Below are positions 1 to 6,553 of a DNA stretch of 6,553 nt, one piece after another. This stretch comes from a virus (Duplodnaviria; Heunggongvirae; Uroviricota; Caudoviricetes). Position 1 is the stretch's first letter. Each line of letters opens with the position of its first letter. Position numbers and translations under genes: made by a program. The notes beneath the pieces were generated by a model. That model ran no database searches and was not told the origin of the DNA. It was given only the letters and a program-made list of their open reading frames with translations. The stretch lies in IMG/VR virus record IMGVR_UViG_2695420808_000003. One strand, 5' to 3'.

Positions 1-59
1 CCGGAAACAAGTGAGCGTTTCCGGATTCTTACACAGCCACTGGATCGGTCAACTGATCC

Positions 60-1216
60 TTAACTGATCGGCATTACACCACCGGGACGCGGATTCATAT
101 CTTCCAGGTCGCGGCAGTCATTGGAAGAGTAAATTCCCCAGTTGATCCCGGTGGCGTAGGCTTCAAAACGGGACTTCATATCCCCGCGCAGTAACGCCCC
201 GGCGTTAAATTTGGCGTAATAAACGCCCTGCTTACTTTTTCGTACCAGTCCGGTGTTGATCCGCTGTTCGATGCGGGTCAGATACGGCACCAGTGAATAG
301 TTGATAAATCCCAGCCCCAGCTCTTCGATATTGTTGAAGGTGGCGCGATCGGTGTTCTGCACCATGTGCAACGGCACCCGGAACAGACGACAGATTTCTT
401 CCAGCTGAAACTTGCGGGTTTCCAGGAACTGACTGTCCTCGGCGTTCAGCGCCATCGACTTCCAGTCCAGCCCCATTTCCAGAATCATCGGGCGGTGAGC
501 ATTGCCAAGCCCCGTGTGACACTCCTCAAAATCTTTCTTCAGACGCTCGTAAGCATCCGGCGTGAGCTTTTGTTCCGTACGCAACACACCGGATGTCACC
601 GCACCATTACTAAACAACCTGGCACCGTGCTCCTCGGTTGCCGCTGCCAGTGAAATGGCCTCACGCGCATACGCAATGGGATTCAGCCCGACAAGTCCAT
701 CCAGCGTCAGGGTGCGCACATGCCAGATTTCATTCTGGGTCAACACATCCACGGAACCATCCGGAAACGTCACCTGATAAACCGGCTGCCACTGGCTGTT
801 CAGCTTCGGTTCCACACAGCCCGGATCTATCGGAAGAAGCTCCACCACTTCTCCCAGTGCCTTTACCTTGTAGGCGTAAAAATTCCCCCGTAGACACAGG
901 CAGACAATAACCAGCTCCCAGAATTCCTGCGGTGTCATGTAGCCATTAGGTTTTGCCGAAACCAACTTATGCAGTCGTTCATCCACCGCCCGTGTTTTCA
1001 GGGTACCGCTGATTTTGTAGAGACTGCAGGGCAGCATACCAACAGACTCTGCCAGCACCCTGACGCAAGAATAGACCGCCGTCAGGCGCATGGCCCGCTG
1101 GCTACTGATCCGCTTTCCGGTATAGGTGTCGTATGACAGCCCGATAGCATCAGCAGTTCTGCTGGCGTGGTCACCGGCACATCGCTTTTTCGTTGAAATA
1201 ATCCCGAAAAGAACAC
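60..1216 (-). CDS. Phage portal protein, HK97 family; 5' end uncertain or frameshifted
   Basis: Long minus-strand ORF (track 60..1307, 415 aa) carries the portal-core motif I recall from HK97-type portals (…ISSQRAMRLTAVYSCVRVLAESVGMLPCSLYK…) and a C-terminal region ending …RDLEDMNPRPGGVMPIS. It lies directly downstream of the large terminase, as in HK97-like head modules. The track start is a TTG at 1307 that overlaps the better-coding small ORF 1216..1398; the first in-frame ATG is at 1091. A GTG at 1216-1214 with a strong SD (GGAGGT, 5-nt spacer) overlaps the upstream stop (TAGTG) but is in another frame. Confidence 0.85.
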
Positions 1217-1398
1217 TATTTACCTCCGCCGACAGACTGCCGTGTACGGTCGAGATATCGCGCCACCAGCCACGACCAGAACAGGCACAGCGCCCCGGCA
1301 ACAACAAAACCCGCCGGGGGATAAATCAGCCAGGCACCATACGCCAGCAAAAGCGCACCCAGCACGCCCACCAGAGGCGCGAGAATCAGCATGATCAT
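1216..1398 (-). CDS. Small hypothetical membrane protein (60 aa, two predicted transmembrane helices)
   Basis: ATG at 1398 lies 11 nt after the terL stop and is preceded by a GAGGT Shine-Dalgarno (…CTGAGGTAATTATG). Product [60 protein letters not shown] has two hydrophobic helices and a basic C-terminal tail. Codons are E. coli-like (CTG, GCG, GGC rich), unlike the overlapping portal-frame codons. Confidence 0.5.
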   Translation of the reverse strand: MIMLILAPLVGVLGALLLAYGAWLIYPPAGFVVAGALCLFWSWLVARYLDRTRQSVGGGK

Positions 1399-1409
1399 AA
1401 TTACCTCAG

Positions 1410-3143
1410 TTAAAGCGAGCGGATCCCGTAGGACTCAATGTGGTCAGACAGCGTGTCTTCTTTCTCGTACAGCATGGCTCTGCCAACCGCCATAATCAGC
1501 GCAACTGCACCATCGATTTTGTTTTCCGCCTGCTCTTTGACGGGTTTCACCACATCATCGTTACCCGGCATGTTTTTGCCGACCACGTTGCCGATACACC
1601 AGGTCATGATGGGATTGCCGTCATGATGAAAACGTCCCGATTCAATCGCTGCTTCCAGCTCTTTCATCGGATCGGACATATTGGTGAAGTTCTGGACGAT
1701 AGTGACGGGATTCAGGTCTTCATCAGCAAGGTCATGTGACAACCCGGTCGCCCCGAAGGGGTCGATGGGTGACTCACTGACCGGGCTGATTTTGTTCGCC
1801 GCTTTGGCCTCCTCGAGGATGTAGCGATAATCCACCTCCGCACCATCGGTAACGGTCAGAACGCCCATTTCCACCCATTTCTGAAAGCGTTCGGCTGTCC
1901 GTCGATCTTCATTTTTCTCGACGCTGTACACCGTGTCATACGGTACCCAGAAACGCGGGGCCACACTGTAGTAATGCGTTTTACCGTCAATCTCGCGGGT
2001 ATAAAGTCGCGCCATGCTGTTCATATCCAGCTTACGCGCCAGGTCAAAGGCCAGAATGCACGGCTGCCCCTCGAACTGCTCAAGGGTCAGTGATTTATCC
2101 TCGCAGCTCTGCCAGCTCACCAAGTTGAAATACGCCGAACGCGCCGACACCCAGATATTGAGGTGTTTTGTTTTAAAGACGTTTGCCAGACGGGCGTTAT
2201 TTTTCGCACGCTGCTGCTGACTTAACAAAAATTCGCGATAAACCGACACGCCAATATTTGGATTGGCTTTTTCCAGCACCTGCGGGCCGGTCCAGTCGTC
2301 ACCTTCATCAACGGTATAGATGATCCCGAACAGTTCATCGTTAGGCACCGAGCCGTTGAGCATCTCGATGACTTCCCGCCGCTTGTCGTAGCACGGCCCC
2401 TCAATGTTGTACCCGGCGGTGGTGATGGCCCACATCAGTGGCTGACGTCGCGCCCCCATCCCGGTAAGCATTGTGGTATAAAGCGCATCGGTGGCATGCT
2501 CGTGATATTCATCAACCACGGCACAGTGGGGTGATGAACCATCACCTGGGTTGCCGATCAGCGGTTCAAACCGCGCGCCATCCTCCGGACGGTTCATGTT
2601 TGAGGCGTTAACCTCAATCCCGAACGCTTCCGTCAGCATGGGTGTGCGTTTACACATCAGTCGCGCCGGGCGAAAGACTTCCCACGCCTGTTTCTCTGTC
2701 GTGGCACCGGAATACACTTCCGCGCCAAACTCGTTATCACAGGCAAAACAATACAGGGCAACACCGGCAGAGATTGCTGATTTGCCGTTCTTACGGGGGA
2801 TTTCGGTGTACACCTCCCGGAAGCGGCGCAACCGGGTGCCTTTATTGACCCAGCCAAACGCACAGCAGATCACAAATAGCTGCCACGGCTCCAGCGTGAT
2901 GGGCATCCGTTTGAATGCCCACTCCCCCTTGGTGTGCGGCAACAGCTGAATAAATTTCGCGGCCCGTTCAGCCAGGTCCTTGTCGAAGCGGTAACGAAAC
3001 GACTTACTTTTTTCCGCCATCAGGTCATCAAGATGGCGCTGGCAGGCCTGAATCACAAACTGGCAGGCAACAATCTTTCCGCGCACGACATCCCGGGCAT
3101 ACTGATTTGCAGCATTTACGTTGGGGTAAGATTTCCGGCTCAT
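1410..3143 (-). CDS. Terminase large subunit (HK97 / Terminase_1-like ATPase-nuclease)
   Basis: 577-aa ORF with a Walker A-like motif (…[10 protein letters not shown]…) and a Walker B-like motif (…[10 protein letters not shown]…), followed by a C-terminal nuclease-like region. Its ATG overlaps the terS stop as ATGA (3143-3140), suggesting translational coupling. Sits between the small terminase and the portal. Confidence 0.93.
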   Translation of the reverse strand: MSRKSYPNVNAANQYARDVVRGKIVACQFVIQACQRHLDDLMAEKSKSFRYRFDKDLAERAAKFIQLLPHTKGEWAFKRMPITLEPWQLFVICCAFGWVNKGTRLRRFREVYTEIPRKNGKSAISAGVALYCFACDNEFGAEVYSGATTEKQAWEVFRPARLMCKRTPMLTEAFGIEVNASNMNRPEDGARFEPLIGNPGDGSSPHCAVVDEYHEHATDALYTTMLTGMGARRQPLMWAITTAGYNIEGPCYDKRREVIEMLNGSVPNDELFGIIYTVDEGDDWTGPQVLEKANPNIGVSVYREFLLSQQQRAKNNARLANVFKTKHLNIWVSARSAYFNLVSWQSCEDKSLTLEQFEGQPCILAFDLARKLDMNSMARLYTREIDGKTHYYSVAPRFWVPYDTVYSVEKNEDRRTAERFQKWVEMGVLTVTDGAEVDYRYILEEAKAANKISPVSESPIDPFGATGLSHDLADEDLNPVTIVQNFTNMSDPMKELEAAIESGRFHHDGNPIMTWCIGNVVGKNMPGNDDVVKPVKEQAENKIDGAVALIMAVGRAMLYEKEDTLSDHIESYGIRSL

Positions 3144-3634
3144 GATTCGATAATTTTCAGAAACGGGTTAGTGGCTTTCTTCTGCCCCGCCAGGCCAATC
3201 AGACGCTGGCGGCTGCTGGGGTCGAGTCCGAGCATTGCCCCCGTGCTGCTCATCTCGGACTCCTGTTCTTTTTTGGCGGTCAGCTCCGGATTTTTGACCC
3301 TGCCGCCCATTGCACCGGTGATGGTGTTGCCCTGTATGGCAATATTTTTCACGGCACGTCGCCAGAACTCATAGGCCACGCACCACCGCTCAAGTACCGC
3401 CAGGTCAGTCACGCACAGCAGGCCCTGACCGCAGAGTTCTTTGGTTGTCAGTTGCCACATGATCGTGGCGAGAGGGAGATCTTCTTCAGCGAACCACTCT
3501 GGTGGCTCAACACCTTTGATGGGCGTAAAAACAGGTTCATCTTTGTTCAGGGCTCGCTTGCCGGGGTTTCCGGCCAGCGCCTTGCGCGCCGTTGGCTTGG
3601 GGCGACGCCCGGAACGCCCCGCCGTTCCAGCCAT
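3140..3634 (-). CDS. Terminase small subunit (P27-family-like)
   Basis: The N-terminus [27 protein letters not shown]… is the glycine/arginine-rich signature I recall for P27-family small terminases. The track ORF begins at GTG 3643, but the ATG at 3634 has an AGGAG Shine-Dalgarno 8 nt upstream and is the likelier start (164 aa). It lies immediately upstream of, and overlaps, terL. Confidence 0.82.
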   Translation of the reverse strand: MAGTAGRSGRRPKPTARKALAGNPGKRALNKDEPVFTPIKGVEPPEWFAEEDLPLATIMWQLTTKELCGQGLLCVTDLAVLERWCVAYEFWRRAVKNIAIQGNTITGAMGGRVKNPELTAKKEQESEMSSTGAMLGLDPSSRQRLIGLAGQKKATNPFLKIIES

Positions 3635-3673
3635 ATGCGGCACTCCTGGTTAAATTTCATTTTTCGCGGGTAT

Positions 3674-3733
3674 AAAAAAACGATGGGGCGGGCAGTCCGG
3701 AAGACGTCAGGTCACAGGGATTTGCCCCGCCCC
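3674..3733 (-). other. GC-rich imperfect inverted repeat followed by a T7 tract (minus strand); candidate terminator and/or cos-site region between HNH and terS
   Basis: Arms GGGGCGGGCAG (3685-3695) and TGCCCCGCCCC (3723-3733) flank a 27-nt spacer that contains the palindrome GACGTC. On the minus strand the hairpin is followed by ATCG and TTTTTTT (3680-3674). In HK97-like phages cos lies between the HNH gene and terS, so the packaging site is expected in this 120-bp intergenic gap. Confidence 0.35.
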
Positions 3734-3755
3734 TCCCTACAAGTGAGAATAATTA

Positions 3756-4106
3756 TCACCGGATTCGTTCGCGCGCTGTTTTCGCTTTATGGCAGGGCCA
3801 GCACAGACTCTGCAGGTTGCTGTCTGCGTCTGTTCCGCCATGCGCTTTCGGGATGATGTGGTCGACGGTTTTCGCCTCGCTCACCACACCGACACGCAGA
3901 CACAACTGACACAGACCTTTATCGCGCTTCAGAATACGGGCACGAATCACCGTCCATTTTGAGCCATAGCCACGCTGGTGGCGGCTCAGTCCGCGCTGGT
4001 GCTGCACCCAGCCTTCACCGCGATGTTTATCGCAGTAACCCGAACTGTCTGTGGTTGTACCTGCACATCCACGCTTACGGCAGGCACGTGGGATTAGTGA
4101 TGGCAT
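3756..4106 (-). CDS. HNH endonuclease (terminase-associated)
   Basis: 116-aa ORF with paired cysteines (CRKRGCAGTTTDSSGYCDKH…) and the HNH core …DHIIPKAHGGTDADSNLQSLCWPCHKAK…. ATG at 4106 is preceded by GAGGT at 5-nt spacing. Its position directly upstream of terS matches the HK97 gp74-type HNH/terminase arrangement. Confidence 0.9.
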   Translation of the reverse strand: MPSLIPRACRKRGCAGTTTDSSGYCDKHRGEGWVQHQRGLSRHQRGYGSKWTVIRARILKRDKGLCQLCLRVGVVSEAKTVDHIIPKAHGGTDADSNLQSLCWPCHKAKTARERIR

Positions 4107-4148
4107 AAATACCTCATACCCTGCGAAATGTTTACCACGATAAAAAGG

Positions 4149-4613
4149 CTACTTAATGCACTGAGTGCGGATATACTCCTGTGCCCCTTCCAGTTGCATC
4201 TGCATCGTCATCAGCCGCTCTCTGAGGGTGAAATAATCCCGTTCAGCGGTGTCTGCCAGTCGGGGGCTGGTTGCATTATCCACGCCGGAGGCGGTGGTGG
4301 CTTCACGCACTGACTGACAGACTGCTTTGATGTGCAACCGACGACGACCAGCGGCAACATCAGCGCGCAGAGTTTCATTTTCAGCTTTCGCATCAGCTAA
4401 CTCCTTCGTGTATTTAGCATCGAGTGCATTAACATCACGCTGTCTCTGCTGCATGTCAGTAATGGTTGCGTTCGCCAGCTTCAGTTCTCTTGCGTTTTTG
4501 TCGCGCTGCTCTTTGTAGGTAATGGCGTTATCACGGTAATGATTAACAGCCCATGACAGGCAGACGATGATGCAGATAACCAGAGCGGAGATAATCGCGG
4601 TGACTCTGCTCAT
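4149..4613 (-). CDS. Rz: Rz-like i-spanin
   Basis: Product has an N-terminal transmembrane segment ([23 protein letters not shown]) followed by a long charged, coiled-coil-like periplasmic domain. The ATG at 4613 overlaps the endolysin stop as ATGA; the track's GTG at 4625 would add only four residues. Rz1 is nested in the +1 frame. Closely resembles the Rz proteins of lambdoid/DLP12-type prophages as I recall them. Confidence 0.9.
   Translation of the reverse strand: MSRVTAIISALVICIIVCLSWAVNHYRDNAITYKEQRDKNARELKLANATITDMQQRQRDVNALDAKYTKELADAKAENETLRADVAAGRRRLHIKAVCQSVREATTASGVDNATSPRLADTAERDYFTLRERLMTMQMQLEGAQEYIRTQCIK
4211..4393 (-). CDS. Rz1: Rz1-like o-spanin (outer-membrane lipoprotein), fully embedded in Rz
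   Basis: 60-aa ORF entirely inside Rz in another frame. Signal peptide with lipobox LVVVGC, then a proline-rich stretch (…[21 protein letters not shown]…). This is the classic embedded Rz/Rz1 architecture. Confidence 0.85.
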   Translation of the reverse strand: MRKLKMKLCALMLPLVVVGCTSKQSVSQCVKPPPPPAWIMQPAPDWQTPLNGIISPSESG

Positions 4614-5107
4614 TGCTGCCCCCACAAACAGACTTCACGCTCAATCTCACGACGGGTCATCAGCCCTTTCCATTGCTTACCGCCAGCATATGTCCAGCGA
4701 CGTAGCTGGTCACATGCGCCTTTGATATCGCCCTGGTTTATTTTGCGAAGAAGCGTCGATGTTCTGAAATTGCCAGCGCCCACGTTGTAAACGAACGAGT
4801 AAAGAGCGCCGCGCGTTGTTTCCGGTATATCGACTTTGATGTACGGGTTAATTTGTCTGGCGACAGTGGCAAGGTCTTTATTCAGGAGGGCTTTGCATTC
4901 TGCTTCGGTATACGTTTTACCGAGCATGATGTCTTTTCCGGTGTGTCCGTGACATACAGTCCATACACCAATGATATCTTTGTATAGTATGTAGCTGACA
5001 CCTTCCAGACCATCGTTACCACCTGGGCCAGTGATTAACACAGATGCTATAGCAACAGCCCCACCACCAATAGCAGCTGCAACAGCCTTGCGTAATGATG
5101 GCGACAT
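4610..5107 (-). CDS. R: SAR endolysin (T4-lysozyme-like muramidase, phage 21 R-type)
   Basis: 165 aa. N-terminal weakly hydrophobic Gly/Ala-rich SAR domain ([24 protein letters not shown]) followed by the lysozyme catalytic region (…[27 protein letters not shown]…, Glu-Asp-Thr triad pattern). Start ATG overlaps the holin stop (TAATG). Near-identical to phage 21 R as I recall it. Confidence 0.93.
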   Translation of the reverse strand: MSPSLRKAVAAAIGGGAVAIASVLITGPGGNDGLEGVSYILYKDIIGVWTVCHGHTGKDIMLGKTYTEAECKALLNKDLATVARQINPYIKVDIPETTRGALYSFVYNVGAGNFRTSTLLRKINQGDIKGACDQLRRWTYAGGKQWKGLMTRREIEREVCLWGQQ

Positions 5108-5322
5108 TATTCACCTCTCGCAGCCTTACGCTTGTCTTCTCTTATTTTGAAATACAGATTTGTCAGATAAGTCAGAAGCCCCAGAAGCAGACTTCCCAGC
5201 ACACCAATCGCAGCCCACTGTGATGGACTGACCTGATCCAACCACTGCAAAAACCAGTAGCCGGCACTGCCGGCGGAGGTGCCGTAGGCAATGCCTGTTG
5301 ATATTTTTTCCATCTGATACAT
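5107..5322 (-). CDS. S: Pinholin (phage 21 S-type class II holin) with dual-start motif
   Basis: 71 aa, [71 protein letters not shown]. Two transmembrane segments and a charged C-terminus. Met1 and Met4 could give the antiholin/holin pair. Sits immediately upstream of the SAR endolysin, as in phage 21 (S21-R21-Rz/Rz1). Confidence 0.92.
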   Translation of the reverse strand: MYQMEKISTGIAYGTSAGSAGYWFLQWLDQVSPSQWAAIGVLGSLLLGLLTYLTNLYFKIREDKRKAARGE

Positions 5323-5351
5323 ATCCCGCCCCCCGACAGACCTGTGCTATC

Positions 5352-5388
5352 GGAAAGAAAAAAGGCCATCAGCAAAACTCTGATGGCC
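5352..5388 (-). terminator. Rho-independent terminator (minus strand) about 30 nt upstream of the holin gene
   Basis: Perfect 9-bp stem GGCCATCAG / CTGATGGCC (5364-5372 and 5380-5388) with a 7-nt loop. On the minus strand it is followed by TTTTTTCTTTCC (5363-5352). Confidence 0.6.
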
Positions 5389-5498
5389 TGAATCACCTTT
5401 ACCAATATTGTATGAAAAAACACGCACGACTAATTGACAATAATTTTCATTTCCATTAAAAAAGATCGCGTAGCATTCTTAATTCATGAGGAACTTTA

Positions 5499-5566
5499 CC
5501 CGCCAGCAATCTGAGTAGCGAAAGCTGTTCATCCCCAATGTTTTTGCTGGCGGGTCCTTTTTTCTA
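5499..5566 (+). terminator. Hairpin plus T-tract on the plus strand (terminator-like, long loop)
   Basis: 11-bp stem CCCGCCAGCAA (5499-5509) / TTGCTGGCGGG (5544-5554) enclosing a 34-nt loop that itself contains a small AGC-GAAA-GCT hairpin. Followed on the plus strand by TCCTTTTTTCT. Confidence 0.35.
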
Positions 5567-5570
5567 CGGT

Positions 5571-5606
5571 CCTCCTCCCCGGAGGGGGGCATTTCATTAT
5601 TTTTCT
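5571..5606 (+). terminator. Second GC-rich hairpin plus T-rich tail on the plus strand (tandem with the previous element)
   Basis: CCTCC…GGAGG / C4-G6 stem within CCTCCTCCCCGGAGGGGGGC (5571-5590), followed by ATTTCATTATTTTTCT. Confidence 0.35.
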
Positions 5607-6001
5607 AATCGTTACTGGTGAGAAGGCGGAAGAAAAAGCCAGTTCTTCGCCCCTAAATAACAGCATGATTCCAGTCCATGCAAAATCTGATTTCCAGCTC
5701 ACACATACCGAGCGCTGTACAAAAACCGCCAGCCAAGGCAGTTAAGAGTGTGTTCCCGGGGTTTGCTTAGAATATTTTGTAAGTTGTCCGAAGAGATATT
5801 TACAACACCAGAATGATGAATCATCAGTCCCCTGCCAGAGGTTCACTACGTAACCTGACCGACAATGCACCATTCTGGTGCTGAAAAAAGAGCACTGGAA
5901 CTGCAACAAAACAACATCACAGAACAGGAGATGGTAAGGAGTCAGACATTCCCACACAATATTGTGTCAGTGCAAATAACAACCTTCGTCTCAAATCTCG
6001 C

Positions 6002-6076
<75 letters not shown>

Positions 6077-6079
6077 ATA

Positions 6080-6155
<76 letters not shown>

Positions 6156-6157
6156 GC

Positions 6158-6234
6158 TGGCCCACCACCGAGGACTCGAACCTCGCACCGTCAACTTAGA
6201 AGGTTGATGCTCTATCCGGATGAGCTAGTGGTGG
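6158..6234 (-). tRNA. tRNA-Arg (anticodon UCU)
   Basis: Reverse complement is 77 nt, CCACCACTAGCTCATCCGGATAGAGCATCAACCTTCTAAGTTGACGGTGCGAGGTTCGAGTCCTCGGTGGTGGGCCA. Perfect 7-bp acceptor stem, D-stem GCTC/GAGC, anticodon stem TCAAC/GTTGA with loop CTTCTAA, T-stem CGAGG/CCTCG, CCA end. Confidence 0.85.
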
Positions 6235-6235
6235 T

Positions 6236-6312
6236 TGGTGGCCCTTGCTGGACTTGAACCAGCGACCTGGCGATTATGAGTCGCTCGCTCTGACCAACTG
6301 AGCTAAAGGGCC
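6236..6312 (-). tRNA. tRNA with anticodon CAU, most likely tRNA-Ile2 (lysidine type; elongator Met not excluded)
   Basis: Reverse complement is 77 nt, GGCCCTTTAGCTCAGTTGGTCAGAGCGAGCGACTCATAATCGCCAGGTCGCTGGTTCAAGTCCAGCAAGGGCCACCA. Anticodon loop CTCATAA, T-loop TTCAAGT, discriminator A, CCA. Backbone resembles ileX/ileZ-type tRNAs as I recall them. Confidence 0.85.
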
Positions 6313-6321
6313 GGAGGCAGA

Positions 6322-6350
6322 ATAATAACCATATGTCATCACATCTGCAA
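6322..6350 (-). promoter_or_regulatory. Candidate sigma70 promoter for the tRNA array
   Basis: On the minus strand: TTGCAG (-35, 6350-6345), a 17-nt spacer, then TATTAT (-10, 6327-6322). This places the transcription start a few nt upstream of the first tRNA 5' end (6312). Confidence 0.35.
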
Positions 6351-6395
6351 ACTCATCTGACCACCAGCACGTTTAACGTCCTGTGCCGTTTTTCA

Positions 6396-6412
6396 GGTAT
6401 AAAAAAACCCGC
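6396..6412 (-). terminator. 3' tail of a probable intrinsic terminator (minus strand), truncated by the gap
   Basis: Minus strand reads …GCGGG-TTTTTTT-ATACC immediately after the N run. The stem partner would lie within or beyond the gap. Confidence 0.25.
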
Positions 6413-6483
6413 NNNNNNNNNNNNNNNNNNNNNNNNNNNNNNNNNNNNNNNNNNNNNNNNNNNNNNNNNNNNNNNNNNNNNNN
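6413..6483. other. Assembly gap (71 N)
   Basis: Uninterrupted run of n characters in the sequence. Confidence 0.99.
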
Positions 6484-6553
6484 TGGCCACCTGAACAGAG
6501 GTGATATGCTCACCTCAGAACAACACAGGTGCTCCAATGAAAAAAAGAAATTT

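Noticed and set aside
1-24. Perfect 8-bp inverted repeat CCGGAAAC…GTTTCCGG at the window start, downstream of the portal stop
   Set aside because: No T-tract on the minus strand within the window. It is probably within or just upstream of the next head gene (prohead protease), which lies outside the window.
232-522. Minus-strand 96-aa ORF inside the portal gene in another frame
   Set aside because: Fully embedded in the portal coding region. The translation is Gly/Arg/Pro/Ser-rich and unlike a folded protein, and there is no precedent for an embedded gene here (unlike Rz1 in Rz).
2222-2863. Minus-strand 60-aa and 68-aa ORFs (2222..2404, 2657..2863) inside terL in alternative frames
   Set aside because: Embedded in the terminase large subunit gene with no start signals; alternative-frame artefacts.
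366-4518. Plus-strand ORFs of 61-146 aa in the six-frame track (366..653, 562..777, 638..910, 1126..1413, 1438..1626, 1440..1739, 2014..2220, 2551..2949, 2642..2848, 2934..3374, 3441..3653, 3452..3856, 4128..4313, 4327..4518)
   Set aside because: All lie antisense to strongly supported minus-strand late genes, lack convincing ribosome-binding sites and have Arg/Ser/Pro/Cys-rich low-complexity translations typical of shadow ORFs.
4149-4625. GTG start at 4625 for Rz as given in the ORF track (158 aa)
   Set aside because: It adds only MGAA before the ATG at 4613. That ATG overlaps the endolysin stop as ATGA, a coupling pattern seen at other junctions in this operon, so the ATG is preferred.
5172-5423. 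Minus-strand 83-aa ORF overlapping the holin gene
   Set aside because: Overlaps S in another frame and runs through the upstream terminator hairpin, with no SD. S itself is strongly supported by its match to phage 21 S.
5407-5440. Minus-strand sigma70 promoter TTGTCA … TACAAT upstream of S
   Set aside because: Spacer is 22 nt, well outside the 16-18 nt optimum. Kept only as a note within a finding, not called as a feature.
5390-6001. Shiga-toxin (stxAB) or another toxin cargo at the tRNA-to-S interval
   Set aside because: No ORF of adequate length and no similarity to stx sequence as I recall it; the interval is only about 610 bp and non-coding.

Overview
The window reads as the late-gene region of a lambdoid (enterobacterial) prophage, with every supported gene on the minus strand. 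In transcription order (high to low coordinate) it holds: a terminator tail next to a 71-nt run of N (6413-6483, assembly gap); a tightly packed array of four tRNAs, Ile2(CAU)-Arg(UCU)-Thr(UGU)-Gly(UCC), at 6002-6312; about 680 bp with no convincing ORF but several hairpin/terminator elements (5323-6001); a phage-21-type lysis cassette of pinholin S, SAR-endolysin R and nested Rz/Rz1 spanins (4149-5322); an HNH endonuclease (3756-4106); a GC-rich inverted repeat where cos is expected (3674-3733); terminase small and large subunits (3140-3634, 1410-3143); a small two-helix membrane ORF (1216-1398); and an HK97-family portal gene (60 to about 1216) whose 5' end is anomalous. All protein calls rest on recalled family motifs and gene order, not on database searches. 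I see no defence system, CRISPR array, toxin gene or transposase. The points most worth a second look are the small membrane ORF inside the packaging module, the portal start/frameshift, the ORF-free structured region at the position where Stx phages carry stxAB, and the tRNA array.
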